The notes beneath the pieces are model-generated. The model made no database searches and was not told the origin of the DNA. It saw only the letters and a list, made by a program, of their open reading frames with translations. From Candidatus Peregrinibacteria bacterium (GTDB lineage Bacteria; Patescibacteriota; Gracilibacteria; UBA1369; JABINC01), in the NCBI GenBank assembly GCA_018697675.1, contig JABINC010000042.1, forward strand, positions 7,077 through 71,076: DNA of 64,000 nucleotides. The letters are read 5' to 3'. The translations under genes were made by a program, and so were the position numbers. Position 1 is the stretch's first letter. Every line of letters begins with the position of its first letter. Positions 27,082 through 34,480 of this stretch are shown here, piece after piece.

Positions 27082-28161
27082 CTACTGCATCCGTCTCTTA
27101 GTAAGAACCTTTTCATCTATCATATGAGCAATTTCATGATGTTCGCGGCAAAGTGGCGCTAAGAAATATGGATTGTTACTACCCGTCAGTGCAAATCTGG
27201 CAGTGTGATGCGCGCATCTCGCATCACGTCTACAGTTTGGCACGGAGCACTTAGTCCCATATTCCTCTTTGAGGATTTTTTTGGTTTCTGCTGCTATATA
27301 CCTCTTCGGCCTTCCTCCTGACACCTTCCGTTTCAATTCACTTTCCATCACTTTTTCGCTTTGCACTGCCTTTCTTTCTCCCAACTCTTCCTCTCTTTTT
27401 TTCAACAATTTTACCAACATCTCATTTACATCTAACCCTTTTTCTTTTAATTCACTCAACTTTTGAACCACCTCTCCTGACAAACCAAGGTCGAGGAGGG
27501 CGTTAATGTTTGCCTGCATGTTATTCGCGTTCATGTTCATGTTCATGTTCATGTTCGCGTTCGTGGCCGTCTCCATATCCCCACTTCCAGCCTCGGGAGC
27601 GTTCTGCCCGGGCAGAGATTTTGACCCGATTTGTGGCTCAAGTAAGCCGTTTTGATTATTTTTCTTGCGCTCTAAATTAAAAATTTCAGGGGTATCAACC
27701 CAACCCTGATTACCTTTCCCAAAAAACCTCCGCTTCGCTTCGATCTTCATGTCTTTTACCAGCACATCTAAACCTGATTTCGATAACTTTTTCGCACTTT
27801 TCATCAGTACTTTTTCATTTTCAAATGTTGCAATCGAAGCCACCCTTGCCAACTTGTTAATGCTTATTTTGCCATCCACTAATGCCTCGTGCAGAGCCGG
27901 TTTATCGACAAATCGTTTTTCAAGATTTATTGCTAAACTAATCTGAGCTTCGCTTAGCCCCGCCATCCTTTTTCCAAATTCGAAAATAGAATTATATCCT
28001 TTCTTTTCGTACAATCGGCGGCGGTTGACTTCAGGGAGAAGGCCTGTGAATTTTTGACGCCAAAGCAAAGCTTGAGTGCCATAACGCCGGCATAGAGCTA
28101 AGAGTTTTTTGTCGGAGTAACCTGCAAGATTTTTATCAGAGAAATTTTCTGTATTTTCCAT
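27082..28161 (-). CDS. HNH endonuclease-domain protein (DUF222-like helical N-terminus), paralog A
   Basis: C-terminal C..C....HHT.RFA....N......LC..HHEIAH (CSVPNCRRDARCAHHTARFALTGSNNPYFLAPLCREHHEIAH). Homologous along its length to the ORF at 54106-55113. I prefer the start at MENTENF (28161). Confidence 0.8.
   Translation of the reverse strand: MENTENFSDKNLAGYSDKKLLALCRRYGTQALLWRQKFTGLLPEVNRRRLYEKKGYNSIFEFGKRMAGLSEAQISLAINLEKRFVDKPALHEALVDGKISINKLARVASIATFENEKVLMKSAKKLSKSGLDVLVKDMKIEAKRRFFGKGNQGWVDTPEIFNLERKKNNQNGLLEPQIGSKSLPGQNAPEAGSGDMETATNANMNMNMNMNANNMQANINALLDLGLSGEVVQKLSELKEKGLDVNEMLVKLLKKREEELGERKAVQSEKVMESELKRKVSGGRPKRYIAAETKKILKEEYGTKCSVPNCRRDARCAHHTARFALTGSNNPYFLAPLCREHHEIAHMIDEKVLTKRRMQ
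27523..27564. repeat. In-frame hexanucleotide repeat (GTTCAT)4 with degenerate flanking units, encoding (NM)n in HNH paralog A
   Basis: Perfect GTTCAT x4 at 27529-27552, flanked by ATTCGC, GTTCGC and GTTCGT. It translates on the minus strand to NANMNMNMNMNAN. Confidence 0.9.
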
Positions 28162-28200
28162 AATTTGAGGGGTTAAAAATGATAAATTTATCACACTCTT

Positions 28201-28318
28201 AATCTACCACGCACTCACCATTTTTGAGCAAGTGAAAAACGTTCGAAAACAGCGAAGGCGAGCCGAAAAATGCCATTTTGAGATGACGGTATGTGAAAAT
28301 ATTATATGGTGAGCGTTG
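28201..28318 (-). promoter_or_regulatory. Conserved leader element upstream of HNH paralog A (three boxes shared with 55182-55297)
   Basis: Minus-sense boxes CAACGCTCACCA, CGTCATCTCAAA and GGTGAGTGCGTGGTAG occur in the same order and with similar spacing as upstream of paralog B. Confidence 0.45.
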
Positions 28319-28402
28319 ACTTACTTTCGAGTGGTGTCGTGATTATTTCCAAACGATATCGTGAGCACTTTCGAGTGGTGTTGTAACTAGTATTGAGAAG
28401 AT

Positions 28403-28458
28403 GTTGGTTGGTTGGTTGGTTGGTTGGTTGGTTGGTTGGTTGGTTGGTTGGTTGGTTG
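28403..28458. repeat. Tetranucleotide microsatellite (GTTG)14
   Basis: Fourteen perfect GTTG units (CAAC on the minus strand) in the divergent HNH/thyA intergenic region. Confidence 0.95.
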
Positions 28459-28619
28459 AAAAATAAAAAGGGATGTAAGATTCCAAATTAATAAATATTG
28501 ATCAATTTTGAACTTTAATATAAAAGTAAGAAGCTATAAGATCTAAGTATCTTATAAAAATAAGCGATCGCATAAAAACAGTCCTCGAATATTAATTTAA
28601 ATTTAAAAATTTCCTTAAA

Positions 28620-29450
28620 ATGCAACAATACCTCTCTCTTGTGGAAGAAGTTCTGGAAAATGGTGAAGAGAAATTTGATCGAACTGGGACTGGGACGATT
28701 TCTGTTTTTGGAATGCAGAGAAAATATGATCTGCGTGATGGGTTTCCGCTGGTTACTACAAAAAAAACTCTTTTCAAAGCCGTGATTCGGGAGCTTCTTT
28801 GGTTTCTGAAAGGATCTACAAACATAAATGATAATTTGACTCAGCATACGCCGATTTGGAATGCTTGGGCGGCGCCTGATGGAGAGTTGGGGCCGATATA
28901 TGGGTATCAGTGGAGGTCGTGGCCGAAATATGGATGTAGTCATGGAAAATGTGATGAATGCGCTGCAAAAGGAGATGGCGATCATATCGACCAAATTGCA
29001 CAGGCAATTGATATGATAAAAAATAATCCTGATTCAAGACGAATAATTGTGAGTGCGTGGAATGTAGCACAAGTGCCAGATATGGCTTTGCCACCTTGCC
29101 ACCTACTTTTTCAGTTTTATGTAATCAATGGTCGGCTGGATTGTCAGCTGTATCAGAGGAGCGCTGACATTGCACTTGGAGTTCCGTTTAATATAGCGAG
29201 CTACGCGGCCCTAATGATCATGATAGCTCAGGAATGTGACCTTACTCCTGGGGTTTTCACACATACGATTGGAGATGCACATATTTACCTAAATCACGTT
29301 GAGGGTATGAAAGAACAACTCACGAAAACTCCACACAAACTCCCAACTTTGAAAATTGCCAAGAAACCTTTTGATGAAATTGAGTTCGAAGATTTCGTTC
29401 TCGAAGATTACACTCATGAAGCATTTATTAAATTCCCGATAGCGGTTTAA
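28620..29450 (+). CDS. thyA: Thymidylate synthase (ThyA)
   Basis: [43 protein letters not shown], the catalytic LPPCH, and [18 protein letters not shown]. Confidence 0.95.
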   Translation: MQQYLSLVEEVLENGEEKFDRTGTGTISVFGMQRKYDLRDGFPLVTTKKTLFKAVIRELLWFLKGSTNINDNLTQHTPIWNAWAAPDGELGPIYGYQWRSWPKYGCSHGKCDECAAKGDGDHIDQIAQAIDMIKNNPDSRRIIVSAWNVAQVPDMALPPCHLLFQFYVINGRLDCQLYQRSADIALGVPFNIASYAALMIMIAQECDLTPGVFTHTIGDAHIYLNHVEGMKEQLTKTPHKLPTLKIAKKPFDEIEFEDFVLEDYTHEAFIKFPIAV

Positions 29451-29461
29451 CTTTTTGAAAA

Positions 29462-29989
29462 ATGAAATTCTCAATAATCGTAGCGACAGATAAGAACCGA
29501 GGAATTGGTAAGAATAATGATCTTCCATGGCCTCATTTGCCGGGTGACATGAAACATTTCCGAGAAGTTACTACTCGAGTGACGGATCCGGCTAAACGAA
29601 ATGTCGTATTAATGGGTAGAAAAACTTGGGAATCAATTCCAGAGGCACATAGACCGCTAAAAGGTAGAATTAATGTGGTTTTGACCCGCAATGCAGATTA
29701 TGAAGTGGATGAGGAAGTACTTTTGGCTGATTCTTTTGAGAATGGATTGAAAGTGTTAGAAATGGAAGAAATTGAGAAAATATTTGTGGTCGGGGGCGGC
29801 TCTTTGTACGCTCATACAATAGAAAATCCAGACTGTGAAGCCATCTACATCACTGAAATCGACCAGACTTTTGATTGTGACACTTTCTTTCCGGAGGTGC
29901 CGGAAGGTTTTGAGAAAAAAGCATTATCAGAACCTATTGAGGAGAAGGGAATTAAATTTCAGTTTTTTGTCTACAACAAGTCGTCCTAG
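29462..29989 (+). CDS. folA: Dihydrofolate reductase
   Basis: IVATDKNRGIGKNNDLPW, VLMGRKTWESIP and VVGGGSLY. It lies immediately downstream of thyA. Confidence 0.9.
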   Translation: MKFSIIVATDKNRGIGKNNDLPWPHLPGDMKHFREVTTRVTDPAKRNVVLMGRKTWESIPEAHRPLKGRINVVLTRNADYEVDEEVLLADSFENGLKVLEMEEIEKIFVVGGGSLYAHTIENPDCEAIYITEIDQTFDCDTFFPEVPEGFEKKALSEPIEEKGIKFQFFVYNKSS

Positions 29990-30095
29990 GACGGCTTCGT
30001 GAAAATACGACTTTCTTGGCATCCGTCAAGTCTTTAGAGTTGCAAAATGGCTTATGTAAAGGGTAAGCTGCTCCCTCATTTTGTAATAAATCATT

Positions 30096-30317
30096 ATGAA
30101 GCCAAGCCATATATCAATCTTCGTATTTCTAGTTGCCGTCGCTGTAGCGGTAGTGACAATGTCTATCCATTTCAGCGGAGCAAATGATGCTGTAACTACG
30201 GATGTGCTAAATACATATCCCGATGCAGTTATTAAAGTAAACACTATCAAAGCCCCAGAAGTTGCTGACATTGAAGTCCTTCTTGAAGAAGAGGATGCAG
30301 TGATTGAGCTGTATTAA
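30096..30317 (+). CDS. Possible small membrane-anchored protein (73 aa)
   Basis: N-terminal TM helix ISIFVFLVAVAVAVVTM and an acidic tail. There is no homology evidence, and a competing antisense ORF exists. Confidence 0.3.
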   Translation: MKPSHISIFVFLVAVAVAVVTMSIHFSGANDAVTTDVLNTYPDAVIKVNTIKAPEVADIEVLLEEEDAVIELY

Positions 30318-30332
30318 GCTCTAAGTTGGGTC

Positions 30333-31094
30333 TCAAATCGCGAGGACATGCCCCCTCTTCTTTAACCATGTCCGATGTGCTTTGTAATTCGGACAGGCAT
30401 GCTCCACTAGGTCCCAGAATTTTTTGGAATGGTTCATTTCTTTTGTGTGGCAGAGCTCATGGATAAGTAGATAATCTACAATCTTCCGCGGAGCCATAAT
30501 AACCCGCCAATTGAAATTCAGATTTCTTTTTGAAGAACATGATCCAAAACGTGTTCGCTGGTTTTTTACACGAATGTCGCCATATTTGAATCCATAGTAC
30601 TCTGCGTTCAGCTCTTCTAATCTCTGAGTGAAATGCTCTTTGGCGTATTTCCTATACAGCTTTTCTATCGTCTCTCGACCTATTTCAGCGAGCTCTCGAA
30701 AAGCAGTGTCCTCGTGCAATTCCAATATCAACATATTGTTTCCAGCTTCTGTGCATTCGAAATATGCTTTTGGATATTTTCTCTGAGTAAATCTCAGATC
30801 CAAATGGTATTTCTCTCCGAGCAAGTTGAAAACTTCACCATCCCTGAATTGTTTACTGGATGCTGCCGTTTCTTTATTTTTCTCTTCAATTTTTTCTAAA
30901 TTGCGTTTGAGCCAATGCTGTTTTTCTTCCAAAAATTCAACAATTCTGCGCGTACTCATAAAACGCGGAGCTGAAATATATAACCTCTTACTTTGATCTA
31001 GCCTAAGCCTCAAATTACGTGTCCCCAAACGTTTGCTGAGAGTGAATTTGACCTCCTCACCTGCGATACTGATTGTGAATTTCTGATCTGGCAT
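30333..31094 (-). CDS. YgjP-like (DUF45) M48-family metal-dependent hydrolase
   Basis: HELCHTKEMNHSKKFWDLV signature at the C-terminus. Length is ~250 aa. Confidence 0.8.
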   Translation of the reverse strand: MPDQKFTISIAGEEVKFTLSKRLGTRNLRLRLDQSKRLYISAPRFMSTRRIVEFLEEKQHWLKRNLEKIEEKNKETAASSKQFRDGEVFNLLGEKYHLDLRFTQRKYPKAYFECTEAGNNMLILELHEDTAFRELAEIGRETIEKLYRKYAKEHFTQRLEELNAEYYGFKYGDIRVKNQRTRFGSCSSKRNLNFNWRVIMAPRKIVDYLLIHELCHTKEMNHSKKFWDLVEHACPNYKAHRTWLKKRGHVLAI

Positions 31095-31275
31095 TTTGCT
31101 ATTTAATATTTGTTTTTACTGATGTTTAAGTTTAAAGTTCGGGCGAAACAATCCTCTCGCCAACGGGAGATAATAATACCTTATAAAACCCCTAAAGTGC
31201 AAAAAAGAATCTTTGCATATTTCATCGGAACTGCCGCAATCATACTTTTTGTATTGAGCGTGCTCACGGGACGGA

Positions 31276-31305
31276 TTGACTTATAGCAAGCGTATGGCAT
31301 ATAAT
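31276..31305 (+). promoter_or_regulatory. Sigma70-like promoter (TTGACT-N18-TATAAT) for the kinase gene
   Basis: -35 at 31276-31281 and -10 at 31300-31305, 27 nt before the ATG. Confidence 0.5.
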
Positions 31306-31331
31306 CCTGTCTTGTTTTTTAATGTTAAAGG

Positions 31332-32405
31332 ATGAAGAGAAGTTTTTCCAGAAAACCCAAATACGGACAATGGGATATCGTTGAAAGAAGGGGTAAAGAA
31401 TTCGAAGTAGCAACCATCCTTGGACAAGGAGCTTATGGCACTGTTTATGTAGTAACCGATACTGAAGGTCGGCCTTTTTCTCTGAAGCACTATGACAGAT
31501 ATCCTAATTTTGAGCACTTAAAACCTTTGAAAAAACGACTTCGAGAGAAGATACGAGCTATGATCATAGACAGAGTTGTTTGTGGAAAGATGGAGCATAT
31601 AATCGGATTAGCTGATGACCAACTTATCAAAATGGCTCTTTTGCAGGAGTATGTTGAAGGAGAGCATTTGTTCAGAAGAGATTCTCAGGGGCAGCATGTT
31701 TATAGTCGCCCTCATCCTCCAAGTCGAAGATTCTCGTCGGCAATAGTTACAGCCAGAGATGGAGTTAGTTCTAGTATGGAATGTAAAGAAAAAGGAGTTC
31801 TGCACAGAGATTTAAAAACCAGTAATTTACTTCTGGAAAATGGCAAATTGATCAAAAAAATGCTATCTCCCAAAAAATTAGACGGACCCCTCACTTCTGA
31901 ACAAATTCGCGAGGAGCTTGATAAAGTAAGACTAAAAATCCTGGATTTGGATTTATTTGGAAAACTCGACAGAATAGCTAGTACAGATAGGTGGCGCGTA
32001 GAAGGAACTAATGGATTCTCCCCACCCGAAAGACAGCCCTGCGAAACCAACCCGGAACTCAGTGTATTGCACCCCAATTCAGATCAATTTGGAATTTCAG
32101 TAGTCTTGGCAGAATTATTGGAAGGAAACAAGTTAGGGCCCTATAATGACATGAGCTTCAAAAGAGAGGTTGAAGCCCATGGCCTGATTGGAATGTGGGA
32201 ACCAGATAAATCAAAAGCAAAGTGCAAAGCGGAATTAGAAGAAGAAGGTAAATTGAATGTAAAAGCTTTGGAGCCGGATATTGATGCTCTTTATGAATTA
32301 ACTGAGAGAACAGGGCAGAGAAATCCTGCAAATAGGATATCCTCATGGGATGATTATGATGAGATATGCGAAGATTCCCCTCTTCTTCGTAGGTATGCTG
32401 CTTAG
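31332..32405 (+). CDS. Hanks-type (eukaryotic-like) Ser/Thr protein kinase, soluble
   Basis: Gly-loop GQGAYGTVY, FSLK lysine, catalytic loop HRDLKTSNLLL, a DLD in place of DFG (KILDLDLFG), and GFSPPE in place of APE. No TM helix or PASTA domain. Confidence 0.75.
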   Translation: MKRSFSRKPKYGQWDIVERRGKEFEVATILGQGAYGTVYVVTDTEGRPFSLKHYDRYPNFEHLKPLKKRLREKIRAMIIDRVVCGKMEHIIGLADDQLIKMALLQEYVEGEHLFRRDSQGQHVYSRPHPPSRRFSSAIVTARDGVSSSMECKEKGVLHRDLKTSNLLLENGKLIKKMLSPKKLDGPLTSEQIREELDKVRLKILDLDLFGKLDRIASTDRWRVEGTNGFSPPERQPCETNPELSVLHPNSDQFGISVVLAELLEGNKLGPYNDMSFKREVEAHGLIGMWEPDKSKAKCKAELEEEGKLNVKALEPDIDALYELTERTGQRNPANRISSWDDYDEICEDSPLLRRYAA

Positions 32406-32411
32406 GGGAGA

Positions 32412-34127
32412 TTAAAACCCGCTTGAGTCAAAAGTTGAAGTATCTGGAGTGTCTTTTTTATCTGAGGCGTTTTTGTCAACTCCGAGGGACTTAATCGTCG
32501 TTTTTTTACCATCTTTTTCTTCAACTCGAACATTCTTGTCTTTCTTTTCTTTCTTTGGTTTTTTAGTATTTGCGAACATTGGATTTCCTTCGTGGTCGAG
32601 TAATCCTGAGCCGCCGAGCTTAGATTTATCCGCTGGAGCGAGCTTGCCATCTTCGTCATAGACGTATTCTCCATCGCATGCCATGCGGAGATCTGGTGCT
32701 AAGTTTTCTTCTATATTCTTTACGCCGAGGTTGTAAACTTCTCCCCATGATGGGACCATAACATTTGGCACTTCATTGCTCTCTAAAGCTTCTTTCAAAG
32801 CAATACTTCGATGAGTGTCTCCATGCACTACAAATGCTCTTTTGAGTCCCTTCAAGCTGGTTGCGAAATTCAAAAGGTCTGAGCGGTCCGCATGAGCTGA
32901 AAAGTAATTCATAGTCGCAACTCTTGCTTTTACTTTATATGTTTTATCGAAAATTTTCACTGATTTTTCACCTTCTACTAGTTTTCTTCCGAGTGTTTCT
33001 TCTGCCTGATATCCAACAATCATTATCGTATTTCTAGGATCCTCGATGTTGTTTTTTAAATGATGGACGATACGCCCATGCTCACACATCCCTGAAGCTG
33101 AAATTATAATACAAGGACCATTGAAATTATTGAGAGCTTTCGATTCTTCTACCGATTCTGTCTGCTTGAAATTATCAAAAGACAGTACTGCGTGATCATC
33201 TTCCTCAAGCATCTTTTTTGCCGCTTCGTCATAACATTCTGGATGTTTTTTGAAAACCCCGGTTACGTTCACTGCGAGCGGACTATCCAAGAAAACTGGA
33301 ATCGCCGGGATCATATTTTTATCGACAAGCTGATGCAATTCGTATGTGATTTCCTGGGTACGCCCAAGTGAAAATGCAGGGATTATTATTTTCCCACCCT
33401 TCGCTGCCGTATCATTGATTATCTCTGCAAGTTTGTCTTGAGCTTCCACAATCGATTTATGAAATTTATCTCCATATGTACTTTCTGTCATGAGAATATC
33501 TACTTCTGGCAAACGCTCAATATCTGGATCACGGAGGATTGGAAGATGTGGCCGCCCAAGATCCCCGGTAAACAAAAATGTCACTTTCTCATCAGTTTCA
33601 AAATCATGCAGATTCAAGCATACCAACGCCGATCCGAGTATATGCCCAGCGTCATAAAAAGTACAAGTCACTCCATCTACAACTTCAAAACTTTCATAAT
33701 AATTTTGGCCTCTGAAAAAACTCAGGGCATTCAAAGCATCCGCCTCTGTGTAAAGTGGCTCTATCAATTCTTCACCACGTTTTTCTTTTCTCTTGTTTAT
33801 GTATTCAATATTTCGTTCCTGAATTCGCCCTGAATCTGTGAGCATGTATTCACAGAGATCCTTGGTCGCATGAGTTGTAAAAATCGGCCCCTGAAATCCA
33901 TGTTTCACGAGATTTGGCAGATTCCCGCTGTGATCAATATGCGCATGTGAAAGCACAACCGCATCCAAACTTTCCGGCTCAAATGGGAAACACCTATTTC
34001 TTTGTTGAGACTCCTTCCTCTTACCCTGATGCATTCCACATTCCATAAGAAACTTCTTCCCATTAATTTCTATGAGATATTTTGATCCTGTAACAGTGTG
34101 GTTTGCCCCAACAAATGATATTTGCAT
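32412..34127 (-). CDS. Beta-CASP family metallo-beta-lactamase ribonuclease (CPSF/RNase J-like) with a Lys-rich tail
   Basis: LSHAHIDHSGNLP (HxHxDH), beta-CASP motifs (TESTYG; ...GMCEHGR..HH) and a C-terminal KKPKKEKKDK tail. Confidence 0.85.
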   Translation of the reverse strand: MQISFVGANHTVTGSKYLIEINGKKFLMECGMHQGKRKESQQRNRCFPFEPESLDAVVLSHAHIDHSGNLPNLVKHGFQGPIFTTHATKDLCEYMLTDSGRIQERNIEYINKRKEKRGEELIEPLYTEADALNALSFFRGQNYYESFEVVDGVTCTFYDAGHILGSALVCLNLHDFETDEKVTFLFTGDLGRPHLPILRDPDIERLPEVDILMTESTYGDKFHKSIVEAQDKLAEIINDTAAKGGKIIIPAFSLGRTQEITYELHQLVDKNMIPAIPVFLDSPLAVNVTGVFKKHPECYDEAAKKMLEEDDHAVLSFDNFKQTESVEESKALNNFNGPCIIISASGMCEHGRIVHHLKNNIEDPRNTIMIVGYQAEETLGRKLVEGEKSVKIFDKTYKVKARVATMNYFSAHADRSDLLNFATSLKGLKRAFVVHGDTHRSIALKEALESNEVPNVMVPSWGEVYNLGVKNIEENLAPDLRMACDGEYVYDEDGKLAPADKSKLGGSGLLDHEGNPMFANTKKPKKEKKDKNVRVEEKDGKKTTIKSLGVDKNASDKKDTPDTSTFDSSGF

Positions 34128-34222
34128 GTTTTTTTATTTTTAATTTTGATTTTTTTTGTTTTCTTCGCCTAATTAAAGCTCTTTCTCAGTTAATTCTAGC
34201 ATAAAAGCGGTAGCGGGTGAAC

Positions 34223-34480
34223 CTATTTCAGCTTCTCATCCAAAACTCCTTCGTCTTCGAGGGCTTGGAGGTCTGTGTAGCCGCCGATTAGTTCGTCATT
34301 GATGTAGATTTGTGGGACTGTCATGAGAGTACCGCCGGAGCGTTCCATCATTTCTTTCTGTTTGGATTCGTCTTCAATAATGTCGTATTCGACAAATTCA
34401 ACACCCTTTTCTTCGAAAAGAGCCTTAGTTTGCATGCAGTATGGACAGTGATTTTTTGAATAAATCTCTATCTTGGCCAT
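34223..34480 (-). CDS. grxC: Glutaredoxin
   Basis: 85 aa with the CPYC active site, TVPQIYIND and GGYTDL. Confidence 0.85.
   Translation of the reverse strand: MAKIEIYSKNHCPYCMQTKALFEEKGVEFVEYDIIEDESKQKEMMERSGGTLMTVPQIYINDELIGGYTDLQALEDEGVLDEKLK

Noticed and set aside
27082-28318. IscB/HEARO-type RNA-guided nuclease with omega-RNA
   Set aside because: The proteins (~340-360 aa) have only an HNH domain behind a helical N-terminus. I see no RuvC motifs or PLMP domain. The conserved leader is therefore reported only as an unexplained regulatory or RNA element.
28403-28458. Possible CRISPR array or other spaced repeat
   Set aside because: It is a pure 4-nt microsatellite with no spacers. No repeat-spacer architecture or cas genes occur anywhere in the window. 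The GD-coding repeat at 55858-55917 is likewise coding low complexity.
28515-28994. 159-aa minus-strand ORF, plus other antisense ORFs, overlapping thyA
   Set aside because: ThyA on the + strand is unambiguous. The antisense ORF has a low-complexity, non-protein-like composition.
29985-30010. Hairpin GTCGTCC-TA-GGACGGC after folA as an intrinsic terminator
   Set aside because: The loop is too small unless the stem is shortened, and no U-tract follows. It is too weak to call.
31095-31275. Possible small RNA in the 237-nt spacer (hairpins GGCGA...TCGCC and TGCAAA-N8-TTTGCA)
   Set aside because: These are short, isolated stems with no terminator and no similarity to RNA families I know (tmRNA, RNase P, SRP, 6S). 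The evidence is insufficient.
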